Shown: one piece after another, positions 14,801-27,476 of the stretch
Layout: each line of letters begins with the position of its first letter
How positions within the stretch are numbered: the first letter of the stretch is position 1
From: Raillietiella orientalis
Lineage: Eukaryota
Direction: 5' to 3'
Assembly: GCA_036172245.1 (NCBI GenBank)
Contig: JAYWIR010000024.1
Location: forward strand, 2,046,001-2,110,000
Length of the DNA: 64,000 nucleotides
Position numbers and translations under genes: made by a program
Notes under the pieces: model-generated
The model's input: the letters and a program-made list of their open reading frames with translations, nothing else
Told to the model about the DNA's origin: nothing
Databases searched by the model: none

Positions 14801-15838
14801 TATTAGTGTTTAATAAGTTTTTTAATGAAGTTTTGTGTTTTCTTGACAAACTGGCATTTCTAGAGAAAAAGAATTTTGGTGCCTCGTAATTTACGATTAT
14901 CTGACCAGATTTGAAGATTGCAACACTAAATATTTTCTTATTAAAAGTGTGTGTAGTAATGTCTACATACTGTTTTTGTATTGCAAAGCAAGTTACATTG
15001 CATGACAAGAGACTTCACTCTCATAAAGTATAAGTTACTGTATTGCTTTTTTGGCTAAGTGTTGTGTGAAATGGGACAATATAAAGAATAGCTGATTGAA
15101 TTCTCTGCATGTCACAAATTAGAATTTTTGCTTGTGTCTTTTGGTATGCATTTTTGTTTTCTTTGGTTTGAGGGTTGTTTGATCCAATAACTGAATTCAT
15201 GGGTCCTTGTAATTCACAGAAGGGATTTCAAGATCCAGAATTTTCAGAATAGGAGTAGGGGAGTTGAAATCCAGATTAGCATTGCAATGGATGCATCATG
15301 CATTGTCTAAGCACCATGCAAGTGCTCAAATATGTTTCCGTACATCAGTTTGTAATTCAGTTGCAAGATTTTGGAACTGTTGTGATTCAGGATTGCTAGT
15401 CTTAAATTGAGAGTCACTCAGCTTACTCATCCTAAATACGAAGTGTTCAGAATTTGAAAACCAGTTTTGTAGAAAATTATCATTCGATGATCTCTTATGT
15501 TAATTTTGCCTTGTTTTGGTTTTGTTTCAGTTTTTTGATTGCTTAATAGCTTACATTAACTTTATATTGGAATTCTTAAGTGGCTTTATTTAATTTTATA
15601 TTAATGTATGAGTAAAGAAGGAAATTTGAAGATTTGAAATTTTTGGTTGATTCTAAATGCATTTTTTAAAGAGTAAGAACAACAGTAAGGAATTTGAATT
15701 CATTTATTTTTGAGAAGCTGTTGTAGGTGGTTGTGATCTTGGATATAATCATTTTCAGTATTTGAATCCAAATTTTGTTTTGTCGTTTACTCTATGCTTG
15801 TTGTATTTTTAAATTGGTGCATAAATACTTGCTTGCAG

Positions 15839-18800
15839 TTTGACACTCTACTGAACAAACCCAAAAAGCATAGTCGTGCAGAGAGACCTCAGTCAGATGA
15901 ATTTGGAGATTTAGAAGAACAGCATCAGTCATTAGATCGCCTCGGTGAGGAGGAACTGAATGTGGAATTTGAAAAGATGCTGGTTGTATTATTACAAAAA
16001 GTTAAAAAATCAAGCATTTTCTGTGATAATTCAGGACGATATGAATTTATCTGAAGAGAAAAAAACACCTTTGCGTGATCAAACTCTGTCAAGGAAGAAA
16101 GAAATGCTTTGGATGCATCTTAGAGGAAATATGACAAACGTAATGTATTTTCGAAGTATATGTTCTTCAAAATGTGGTAAATTTTAGAAAACGCAAAACA
16201 AATTCGATGTTCCACAAGATTACATAAATTACTTAAGTACTCCAGACTTGAGTGTACAGAAACTCCTTCAGTGCATAGAATCACTTCGAATTGCATTAAC
16301 AAACAACCCAGTGAGCTGGGTTCAAGAATTTGGAAATAGTGGTTTTGCACAAGTCCTAAGTGTATTGAATGAATGCAATAGTAAACGGTAGGTAATTATC
16401 GTTATCAAGTGTTTTTAATAGTTTTCTTCAAGGGATGCAAAGTGGCATCGTGTGGGCCATGAATGCATTCGCTGTTTGAAAGCTATAATGAATAGCAAAG
16501 TTGGTCTAAAGCAAATATTTGAGATAAAGGATGCTCTTGTGATTCTTGCAAGCTCAATAAATCCAGAGCACCCCAATATTATGCTGGAGGCAGTTAAACT
16601 GTTGGCAGCATTGTGCATAGTAGATCAGCGTACTTTTCAAAGTTCCTTAGATGCAATTACCATTACAGGAGAGAATAGAAACGTGGAACGTTTCAGTCCC
16701 ATAGTAGAAGGTTTGCGTTCTAAAAATCCTCAGTTGAAGGTAAGTGAAATTTCTTATCTGTTAGCTGTATTGGCTGTATGTTGTAGATGGCTTGCATGCA
16801 ACTAATTAATGCACTGGTCAGTTCCCCAGAGGAGCTTGATTTTCGCATTCATTTGCGAAATGAATTTGTTCGTGTTGGTGTGGGCAATGTGTTGCAGGTT
16901 TGTGTTGAACACATTCCACAGACTTCTGGGATTCTCGTGCATTAACAGGAGTTTCGTGAACAGCCCATTGATGCTGATCTTAATGTACAGCTGAAAGCTT
17001 TTGAGGAACTAAAAGAAGATGACCAGGAAGAGTATTTGCAGCGGTTTGAAGGAGCACGAGCAGAACTTGATGACATTAATGATTGTTTCGAGCTTCTCAA
17101 GAGCACAGTGTGGAAAACAAGTGCTGAACCTCATTTGTTATCTATCCTCCAACACTTTCTTTTCATCAGGGATGATGCTGCAATTCGGTGAGTTCTTATT
17201 TTGTATGTTGTTCACAATTCAATTTTTTGAAGAACTGCGTACTTCAAACTCATAGAGGAGTGTGTGACTGAAATTGTCTTTTATAAGACAGGCTGGGATC
17301 CCTTATTTTGTAAAACCACCAAGCAGCAACTCTTGGAGTCTGTGTTGGAAAACTTAGCTTGTGAGTAAGTGACTAGCACATATGTTCAAACAGATTAATA
17401 GCTGTGGAGAGATGCAAAGAAGACGAGAATTACGTGGAATTAGATAAAAAGTTAGAAGTGGCCTTAACACAAAAAGAGGAATTTGAAGCTAAGCTGGTTC
17501 AAGCACAGGAAAGAGTTAAAGAGTTAGAGCAAGCTATTGTATCTGGAGTGAGTAGAATGCAAGAACAGGAGTCTGAAGTGTGCAAATGTTGTAGAACATC
17601 ACAAATATCACCGTGCAGTCAATCTGTAATGGAGTCACGCCTCCACCTTGTGTTACTCCAGGGACAACAGTCCAGACAAACATTCCTCCACCACCTCCTC
17701 CACCACCTCCCCTTCCCCTTTCAGGAATACCTCGTCCACCTCCTCTATTAAATGGTAACATTCCATCATCTCAAGGGAAAGCTCCTCCCCCTCCTCCATT
17801 TGGCTTGAGATTGCCTATGCCTTTGTGTCCAGATTTGCCTGCCTCTCAGATGACAGTACTACCCTATGGCATGCGACCTAAAAAAAAATGGTCTTTGAAA
17901 GCTCCTACCAAACGTGTAAATTGGAAAAAAATTTCTCCCGAGAATCTGAAGGAAAAAGCCTTCTGGGTTCATGTTGAAGAAGACAAAGTGGCTGATGAAA
18001 AAGTGCTTAGTAATATTTTTAATGGACTGGGATTACGGTTCAGTAATAAACCAATAATGAAAGAGATTAATTCAGATTCTAACAAACTGAATAACAAAAG
18101 AGTGAAGGAGCTCCAAGTTCTAGATGCAAAGACTGCTCAAAATCTTTCCATTTTGCTTGGTGGGTCACTCAAACATATGACGTTTGAAGAAGTCAAAAAA
18201 TATATTTTGAATTGTGACGAAACTCATCTGAATGGCAATCTTATTCAGCAAATCATACATGTGATGCCTCCTCCAGATCAGCTTCAAAAACTTTGTGAAG
18301 AGTTTAAAGATCGATATGAGGAGTTAGCTAAAGCTGAGCAATTTGCTTTAGCAGTAAGTGTATCAGATACTTGCATTAGTTTTTAATATGCTTTTAGGTT
18401 GGAAGCATTAAACGCTTGATACCTCGCCTTAAATCATTCAGCTTCAAACTACATTATGAGGAGCTTGTCCAAGATGTCAAGCCAGTAAGCATGAAAGCCC
18501 AGCAATTGTAAGCTACATGAATATTGTTTGTAGGCCATTGTATCTGCTACAGTAGCTTGTGAAGAATTGAAAAGCAGCAAAAAGTTTTCTAAGATCCTAG
18601 AATTGGTTCTTTTGCTAGGAAATTACATGAACTCTGGAACGAAAAATGGGGAGAGTGTAGGTTTTGAAATCAGTTTTTTGCCCAAGGTAAGGTTCAAGAA
18701 ATGCGATCAGATGGATCACATGTAATATGTCATTAAGCTCATCAACACCAAAGACAGCGAGAACAAATTAACGTTGATGCATTATTTGGTGGAAATCATT

Positions 18801-19688
18801 GAAATGAATTTTCCTCATTGTTTGAATTTTGCTGATGAATTGTTGCACTTGGAGAAAGCAGCACATTTCTCAATGGAACAAGTAGTTAAACAGCTTGGAA
18901 TGATGGAAGCAGCAATTAAAAATGTGGAGATGGATCTCAAAAACTCTAGGGTTCCTCAGAGTCCTGATGATAAATTTGTTGAAGTCCTTGGTGTATCCTT
19001 ACTACCACTGTAATCAGTTATTTCCTTAACTTTTGCAGCCATTTGCACAACACTCACGTCAGGAGTTTGAAGTACTACAGGCCATGTTTAAAAAAGTGGA
19101 CACACTTGTCTCTGAGTTAGCTGACTATTTTGCCTTTGACCGCGCAAAATACACTCTGGATGAAATGTTTGGAGACATCAATTGCTTTCGGGAGCATTTT
19201 TATGTCAGTAGACACCTTTTGAAATTTTGTATGAAAATGTTCATTTTAGCAATGTTACCAAGATATAATCAAGAAAAGAGAGGTGGAAGCAAAAATCCAT
19301 CGGGCTCAGGAAATCCGGGAGCAAAAGTTGAAAGAAAAACAAGAACGTGAAGCTAAAAAGAAAGCCCTAATTGACATGAATACTGATGATAATCAGGAAG
19401 GGGTTATGGATAATTTGTTAGAAGCACTGCAAACAGGACAAGCATTCAGCAGGGGACCAAAACGCAAACGTGCTTCACGCCCCAGTGCAGGTAATACTGA
19501 GTTTTTTGTTTGGGTGATATGAACATTTGAGCATATCCTCAAATTGAGATACTATGAAAGAGCTCACAATTTCTGGATAAGATTTATTTCAATTATTTGT
19601 AGTTGAACGACGAGAACAGCTAACAAGAAGCAGATCTCGTCATGGGATCATAGGATCTGTGTTACCAAGAGAATTCTATTCGAGGTGA
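15839..19688 (+). CDS. dia: Diaphanous-related formin (GBD/FH3-FH1-FH2-DAD). Exons: 15839-15982, 16035-16139, 16188-16387, 16433-16739, 16787-16897, 16949-17187, 17233-17360, 17402-17547, 17595-18353, 18398-18484, 18534-18686, 18738-18992, 19039-19203, 19250-19490, 19603-19688. About 1041 aa plus an unlocated first coding exon
   Basis: GT-AG splicing gives one continuous frame containing ESLRIALTNNPVSWVQEFG and ECIRCLKAIMN (GBD/FH3), a polyproline FH1, FH2 motifs (KRVNWKKI, KTAQNLSILL, LGNYMNSG) and the DAD (GVMDNLLEALQTGQAFSRGPKRKR). The last exon and stop are less certain. Confidence 0.96.
18993..19038 (+). other. U12-type (minor spliceosome) GT-AG intron, 46 nt, in diaphanous FH2
   Basis: 5' site GTATCCTT, branch site TTCCTTAAC at 19022-19030, AG 8 nt later. 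Removal joins DKFVEVLG to PFAQHSRQEF in frame. Confidence 0.92.
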
Positions 19689-20090
19689 ATAGCGCCTTGT
19701 TTCTTTGAGCTTGAAAAATTAATTGATTTTGTCATCTTATACATTCAGAGAGAGTTACAAAAGTATTTTCTACATTATTTGTTGTTTTAGTGATTTTTCC
19801 TTCCGAGATGTGACTGTTCTCAATGAGTAGATACTCCAAATTGCATCTTCTTTAGCAGTATGGATAACAGATTCATGTGAGAAGATATAAAGTATGATCC
19901 ACATGTTCCTATGACAAGTTTGTATCAGTATTTGCAATTTTATTGAATTCCATCCTAGTACATTCCTTGTAATATCCAGTGCTTCTGATTCTAGTCATAA
20001 ATATCTGGTGCCTTGTAATTGAGATGCCTTTAATTTTGATTGGTCTTACATAATTGTACAAAAGCATTGTCTTTCAGCATATTTATAAGA

Positions 20091-20096
20091 AATAAA
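20091..20096 (+). terminator. Candidate polyadenylation signal of diaphanous
   Basis: AATAAA about 400 nt after the stop, followed by GT-rich sequence (ggttgttgcttg). Another AATAAA lies at about 20271. Confidence 0.45.
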
Positions 20097-23000
20097 GATG
20101 CTTACCATATTTTCAATACAGGTTGTTGCTTGTAATGCATTGCAGATTTTTCATGTCATTATTATTGAGAACAGTCATTGTGAAACAGGTGCTCGTTTTG
20201 AAAAACGTTTTTGATCCGTAATGACAAAAACGTTTTATTGTTTTGATGTGTTTTATCAATTGCTTTTATTGAATAAATTGACACTTTTCAAAAAAACATG
20301 ACAAGGCTGGGAATATGCAGAGACCAAAGCTCATATCTGTAATTGCTAAGTTTCCCTGATAATACCTGATTGATAGTACATCTATCAAGTAACAGGGAGA
20401 TTCGTTTACAATGTACAAAAATTGGATGCAAAAATACAAACCATATCGATGTACATGAAAAAAAAAAAAAAACTGTAACGGACAAGGACACTGCAATGAG
20501 GTTATGCGCCACGTCTTGAAGGTGTTTCAGAAATTCAGATCTCCCTCCGACTTCGTGGTACGAAGGCGTGTTCCACACAGAAGGATAATGTGTTGATTCT
20601 GTGTTCTAAGGTGTCTTTCCATTGGGCAATGGTGAATTTTGTTACCTTAAAAATTAGCTGTAGTTCTAGAAGTTCCGCGTGAATTTTTCAGGATCGCTTT
20701 TCTCCCACTCCGAGGTTCCCGTAAGTATGGAGGACCGCAGTGGGTACCATTCAAGAGTGAGATGAGGTTCGGTTTGAATGAAACCATTCGGAAAACGCGT
20801 ACGCGGGCACAACTCGACTGCCTGCTGCAACGAAGTGTGTGAAGTCTTCACAGATAGGCGGGCCGGACGTAGCTCGGGAGTCGTGCAGTTTGTTTCACAC
20901 AGGAGATCCGTTTGTCGAATTCGACGTTCCTATTTCAGTATTTGATAATTCAGTGCCGAGGTGTCATTCGATTGACATGACAGTTAATCTGATGAAACTT
21001 ATGTGAAGGAAGGAAGATGGGTTTCCTCACGTTTGTCGACTGACTTACAAAGTCATCGAAAATATTCTGTTCGTTTTCAAAGAAAAAAACTTGCCATGTT
21101 CTTCCGATTCCTTTCCCCCCTTGATGCTGTAATTGCTAGTCCAGCAGTGGTCTTGTTTTTCAGGCTATTGAAAGTAGAGTAGCATTAGAGTTCACTAAGA
21201 ACAAAGAGCTGGAGGTAGTTATTAACGATCTCTTAGTAAGTGGGTCCAGATCGTAGATTCCATGTGAGGCAAATAGAACCGATGCCTATTCGAAGTTTTT
21301 CTGCAAAGATTATATACAACAAAAGCAGAACTCCAAGTGGTTGATGAAACATGAAGCAGATTGATCCTGATTAAAATGTTTGAATAAACCATCCAAGTAA
21401 ATGATGCTTTGCAGTTTCTTCACGAGATCTTTTCCGTTGCCATTTTAACTTGTCATGGAAGTATTCAAGTTTTCATCCCCATGATCATACTAAGTCACGT
21501 TTCAGTTTGCCATGTAAAATCGGTCCTGAATCTTTTTTTCAGATCCCGTTTAAGTTCAGGATTTTTAGCATCAGTAAGTGCCAAGCCTCCGGAGCGATAT
21601 CTCCAACGAAATGTACTTTGAAATTTCAAGACTTCGTATGATTCTTATTTCATTTTGTGATTTCGGAATTCAACCTCGATATTTGTTCAAAGTAGGTTTT
21701 TTTTCCTTCCTTACGGAAAGCCCTGCCATTACTTAATTTCACTTTTGCTCTGAAAACTTAAGCCGAAAAATCCACAAGTTGTGTGATCCATCGTTCTTTT
21801 TTCGGGTTTTTCCAAATCACTTCTGTGGCTCCCCGCGTCCACTGTCCTCGAGGGATTCACGACCCCGCCACGTTGTGTACGATTTCAGCAAAAAACACAC
21901 TTCCGTGCATGTACATCTGTTGACTCGTACGCAGAACTAAACACGATGGGATGATCCCAAATTTTGGGATTTATTTCGGAAGTGTTCGTTCTACACAGAG
22001 TTTGATCCGAAACGAATTCCTCGCGTGTCCAGGTCTTCCTGTAATTCTGCACCTTCGAAAACTGCATCCAAAGTCAGAATCCTCCATAACACTTTTGTAA
22101 ATTCCACTAGTTGATAGAAGAAAGTGAAGCATGATTCGAAGTTTAATGATCAAATCTGGAGAATTTACAGCGAACACGAATAGATTGAACTCATAAATTG
22201 AACTCTCATGAATGATCAGTAGTGCATGTTTCACATTTTCCGATAGCAAATGTTAGTCAGAAGTAGTATTTCCTGAATTCTAATAACAGGGTTAGGATAG
22301 AGATACCATTAGAACACGAAGGGTACCGACTAAGTGTGGAACTGACTTTTATTGAGGTATTACTGGTTCCTTTTCCGAAAAAGGGGTCCAGTCATCAAAA
22401 CATTCATACAAGCAGTCAGATAATTTTGAAGAGCTCAGTATGATGCTAGGGAATAAGAAGGATTTCCAATTTAGCAAGTAGTATTAGTTAAGCACATTGA
22501 TTGTTTACTGGATTTCAAAAGTTACCACGAAATATATTAATTAATTATTCTGAGGAACAGCGGCGTATTCGGCTGCTTAAAAAAGGAAAACTTCCTTAAA
22601 GAACATAAAGGAAAAGAATTGCCCAAGAGATTAAACACACTAGAATGAAACAAATTGGGATAGCAAAGCTGAGTCTCGGAGAATTTACCAATTTAATGGT
22701 CATTGGTAATTGAGTTTCAATTCTTCAGTTCGCAAAATCATCACGACGAAATGGAATCCTTTAATGAAAGTCATAAGGCAGCATTAACAAATTTACGAGT
22801 ATAACATGAGGCTGAAAATTTCCACGTAGATTCCGTACATATTCAACTTTTATAGAATCCTAAAGATTTTTATCATAATTATTGATTCCATAAAAATTTA
22901 TAAACCCTCCGAGAGGTTTTAAAATTTTGATTTGAATGGGCCAGCAGTGGAAAGCTAAACATCGCTGCTGTGACTCCATAATCGATTCTTAATTTCCATC

Positions 23001-23915
23001 TGCCATTAGCAACAACTGATGCATCATCCTGAAATCAATTTATTCTGAATACTATTATCATTATTCAAAAGTTGCAACTGACTTTAAAGTAATCATTGCA
23101 TAAATCTGCATATTGGTGCGAGATAATGACGACAAAATAGACAATATCTATTCCAACTGGTTTTTGCACAAAACTGGTTTTGTGCAAAAATTTCCTGTAG
23201 GAAATAGGAGCAACTTTTTATAACCTCAATGCGTTTCAATATCAGAAAACCTGAAACATAGGTGTTAAATCGATCATAAAATTTCATGAATTTCTACATT
23301 TGTTTTCACACCAGAAAATATGTGCATCATTGCAAAAGCAACAAAAATGAGTTTCAATTACGAGAATATGGTTTCAAGACTTGCAAATTATTTTCATAGA
23401 CAAAGGCATAATTTTTCTGAATTCTGGATTCTACTTCGACTTAGAGTAATTTTAATAACGAATACTTTCAAACACTCAAAAACTTTCATGAAAACAACAA
23501 ATACTGTTAAATAAATAATATCGTTATGAAATAGGAACTAAAGACACTGAAAAATCGGAAAAACCTCAATTCCAAATCCATATGCATCACATAATCATAT
23601 GAAATCTGTATTAAACGGAACTTTTCATATTGTCATGTTTTTTATAAAGTTGAAGTTTTCTTTAATTATCATGTTTAACTGTGAACACTAACTCAAAGTA
23701 GTCAAATTCCTTCAGATTAGTAATTTGAGGGATTTCGAAACTAAGCAATAAAAGATCTTTATCTCTTATTGTTTCCTTCCGGATAAAATAAAATTTCAAT
23801 TTCAATTTCAACTTGTTCGAAACTGTTTGATGTTTCAAGCTTGGTATGCTTGCTTAGCATGTGAGTAGCGTTTTGTGTAGTAAGTGAGGAACTTGCATAA
23901 TCGATTGCTAGGAGA

Positions 23916-26248
23916 ATGCTTGAAGTTCGTGATGTGTTCGAGGTACTTTTGGGAATCACAATTCCTGTGTTTGTTTTTGCCCTTCCGATTACCATCATTA
24001 TTGGTTCTTCACGATCGGTTCTTGCAGCAACTGAATTTACAGTGCACCGGTTGCAGCAATATGAAGTTCATGGTGTCATAAAAGGTACTTGTATTTTGTA
24101 AAGGTACTTGTTTCTCAGCGTTCAGAAGTGGTATTTTCTTAAAAATTTTGAAATAACATGTAAATTTTATGATATTTATTAATCACGTTTTTATTTCTTA
24201 TCGTGACAAAGTAATGTGAGTAATGCCACTTAGTGATCTGTGATTGACTAAATGGGTGTACTTGAAATATTGCAATATAATTGATATATATCTCATAGTT
24301 CTAAGTGTATTGTTCGAATGGCGTATTTAAATTAGGATCGAGGAGTGCAGTTCTTCACATGGAAGGCCGTGGAAGGAATTACAAATACATGTTGCGTAGA
24401 TGCATTATAGCAAATTTCACAGATTTGACCGTTGAATTGATAAGTCATTTTATTCAGAACAAAGTTGGGGGTATTTTAACTTTAATACCCCAGTCACTTC
24501 ATTTATTAAGTGAAAATGACAAAAATGTATGTATAATTTAATGAAAAGGGTCACTCATGCAAAATCTAGAAGCTGCTTACACTAGAAGGAGCCTTATTAA
24601 ATATGGAGGTTCCCATTCCCATATACTTCGCTTTTAACAGCGCAGACACTAATCAAATTCTTGCTGATGTGGAATCCAAGGATATGCCAAATTATGCCAC
24701 TGCTGCTGAAGGTAATTGGAGGTTATAAATGACCAAGAATATATGACTCTCATTTTGAAGCATTTTTAAACTCCGTTTTGGTTAGTGGATACCAGTTTAC
24801 AGTTTCTGCTGTTTCTACAAAGCCTCTTGAAGATGCAGAAGTTGTCAATATTCAGGTAAAAGAGAGAAAAACTTACTGTTGATAATGATGCATTTATGTA
24901 AGGGAATGTTGAGTGGATTTGGCATAGAGGAGAATTTACCTTCAATAGCTCTTGTTGCCCATTATGATGCCTTTGGAGCAACTTCGGTGACTACTCTTAT
25001 GTTCTCAGCTTTTGTTTCTATTTCTAATTTTTCAGAGTTTGTCATTTGGAGCTGACTCCAATGGTTCAGGAGTGGCCATGCTGTTGGAGCTAGCCCGATT
25101 ATTTTCGCATTTTTATTCTCACCCCAAAAATTGTCCTCGCTTCAATCTCGTATTTTTGCTGACAGGTGGTGGAAAATTGAATTTTTATGGCAGTCGCAAA
25201 TGGCTGGAGGACAAACTAGATTTGCAAGAAAGTGGCTTGCTTAATAAGATGCAGTTAGTTATATGTTTGAATGCTGTTGGACAAGGAGATACCTTGTACT
25301 TACATGCAGTCAAACAACCCAAGACTGGTAGTATTGCCCAACGATTTTTTTCGGTGCGTTTGAAAAATATGATGTAGAAAGTCAGGAATTTAAGCTATTC
25401 TTGCAGATGCTTCAGTTCTTGGCGTCTACAAACACATCAGATGTTAATGTTGAACTGATTACCAAGAAGATTGACTTGAGCATTGATTTACTAGCCTGGG
25501 AGCACGAGCGCTATGCTTTGCGGCGCCTTCCTGCTTTTACAATTTCTCATTTTGCTGTGAGAGTCGTTCTGTCCAATACTGCATAGTTCCTTCTTTGTGC
25601 AGTCTCCATCTAGTCCTTGGGCCTCTACTATTCTGGATGTTCAAGAGAATGTTAATATGAAGAAACTTACACACAATACATGGTTGGTTGCTGAAGCCTT
25701 GCTGATGACTCTACTCAACCAGACTACTAATCTAAGTGCTTTTACTGAAAACTATGTAAGTGAGGCAGCTTTTCAGTGCAGAGCACACTGGTTTCAGATG
25801 GTGCAACAAGATAGTCTTTTGTCTTGGATTACCTATTTATCGCAGCAGCCACGCTCACCTCAACTGGTAGCATCCCAGGAGAGTCCCTTAATATCAGTGC
25901 TGCATGGTGCTCTGAGCCGATATGTGACACAAGTACAGTTAAGTACTAGCAAGGCCGATAAGCAAGAGCCTGAGTTTGTATTGTATGATACCCACACAGC
26001 TACTATGATTGCCAGCCAGTAAGTGCCTTTAATTTGTAATTTGTATAATGTTGTCCTAGCATGCGAGCGGATATGTTTGACTTTGTTCTCTCCTGCATCA
26101 TTGGTATCTATTTGTCCATTTTCTATATTACATTAAGGGTAAGCATTTCTTTTCCTTCCAAGGCATAGAATTGTCTGTTTAGTATTTCCCAAATCTGCAA
26201 GAACACTTCCGCAGATTTACTGGCAAAACTCCCGTAAAAATGCAGTGA
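23916..26248 (+). CDS. NCLN: Nicalin (nicastrin-like, inactive M28 peptidase fold; BOS complex subunit). Exons: 23916-24084, 24336-24526, 24570-24711, 24761-24855, 24903-24986, 25036-25353, 25407-25556, 25603-25755, 25798-26018, 26060-26138, 26183-26248. 555 aa
   Basis: The spliced frame is open from ATG to TGA. It contains EFTVHRLQQY, VAHYDAFG, GADSNGSGVAMLLELARLFS, GGGKLNFYGSRKWLE, LAWEHERY, EPEFVLYD and a C-terminal TM helix (FDFVLSCIIGIYLSIFYI). Confidence 0.96.
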
Positions 26249-26636
26249 ATGCATTTATATTTATCTCTAGTCAGCTGACAAAGCTCAAGCACTGCACTGA
26301 GATCACAAGTGAGGGAAAAAGATGAAGCAGCAAAATTGTCTAATGTCATCAGCCAAACACTTTGTTGCTCAATGAAGTGTTACCTGTGTTCGCCTTCTGA
26401 TTTTACCATTCATTCATGATGATAGTTTACTGTAGCAATATAGTGCCTTGATTGATGAAAGAATTGAGATTTCAGTTTTCATTTAAAACTTAGATTTAAA
26501 CAACCATGCAGAAGGCTCAAGTATTCTTTTGCTCAGTGTTTAGTGTTTTTGTCTTGGGCAAGAAGGTTCATGAATGGAGCTCAGATTTAAGCAAACATTA
26601 TTTGCCACATTTTCAATTTAACTTGGTACCTGAGAA

Positions 26637-26642
26637 AATAAA
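26637..26642 (+). terminator. Candidate polyadenylation signal of nicalin
   Basis: AATAAA followed by GT-rich cgttttgttgtagt, near where CpG depletion ends. Confidence 0.45.
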
Positions 26643-27249
26643 ATCGTTTTGTTGTAGTATAGCACGCTGTTTCATTCGTTTTTCGGTCAGTGCTGAAAAT
26701 TCCAAAGAAACATTCGCTAGCCTCGTGATGCCATAAAACTCGGGGAAAGAGCGTGTGCCTTATCTGTAGCTGAGGTTATTTTGAGTATTATTGTGGGTTG
26801 TCACATTTTTCAAAAGAAATTAGTAAGTGGCATATAGAACCTGCATTCAGGTAAGCAGTAAAATGTCATAAGTGTACATATGTGCTACTTTGTTCCTAAA
26901 CCATAAAATCTTTGCCTGTCCGCAACTGTAAGATGTAAGAATAAAGTTGGTAGGTGCAGAGAATTGGTTCAATTCGAACTGTTTTCCTCGAATATACAAG
27001 GAAATTATTGGTGTCATTATTCTGCAAATAACATGAGGGAAAAAGGCTTCCCATGGATCACCGAATTGCAATTTTAAACAGTTTGGTAGAGAAACTGCAG
27101 TGAATTCATTTTCAAGGTTTTCCACGCTGAGTGATTCACTTCTCGAGAATCTGTTTTAAGTGTTTCATTGAAATCCTCTTAGTGGACACGATAATAATTA
27201 TGAGTCCTGATGCAATCTAGAACTTGTTTGGGGGATTTGCTGTTCCCCC

Positions 27250-27476
27250 TGGGACTCTTCAGCGAAGGTGTTTTGCACCCCAGTAGGTCGTCACCTCCAT
27301 TCTTTTGATCTGCCACATTTGCACCAGCCACTGTGGTTGCTTTCGAGCTACACTCAAGAGGTAGGATGTGCTTTCAGAGCACAGCATGGAAAAAAGTCCC
27401 TCAAGGAAGCATTCCTCACGCGAATTAGAACCGAGCTCAACCATACTTGGTTTAACTTTAAAAAAAAAAAAAAAAA
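27250..27476 (+). mobile_element. Possible non-LTR retrotransposon 3' tail
   Basis: ORF-like end (PLWLLSSYTQEVGCAFRAQHGKKSLKEAFLTRIRTELNHTWF) followed by an approximately 17-nt poly(A). Confidence 0.25.

Noticed and set aside
22893..22928. AT-rich hairpin (aaaatttataaaccctc-cga-gaggttttaaaatttt)
   Set aside because: Single, imperfect and in very AT-rich DNA; no Helitron or MITE context seen.
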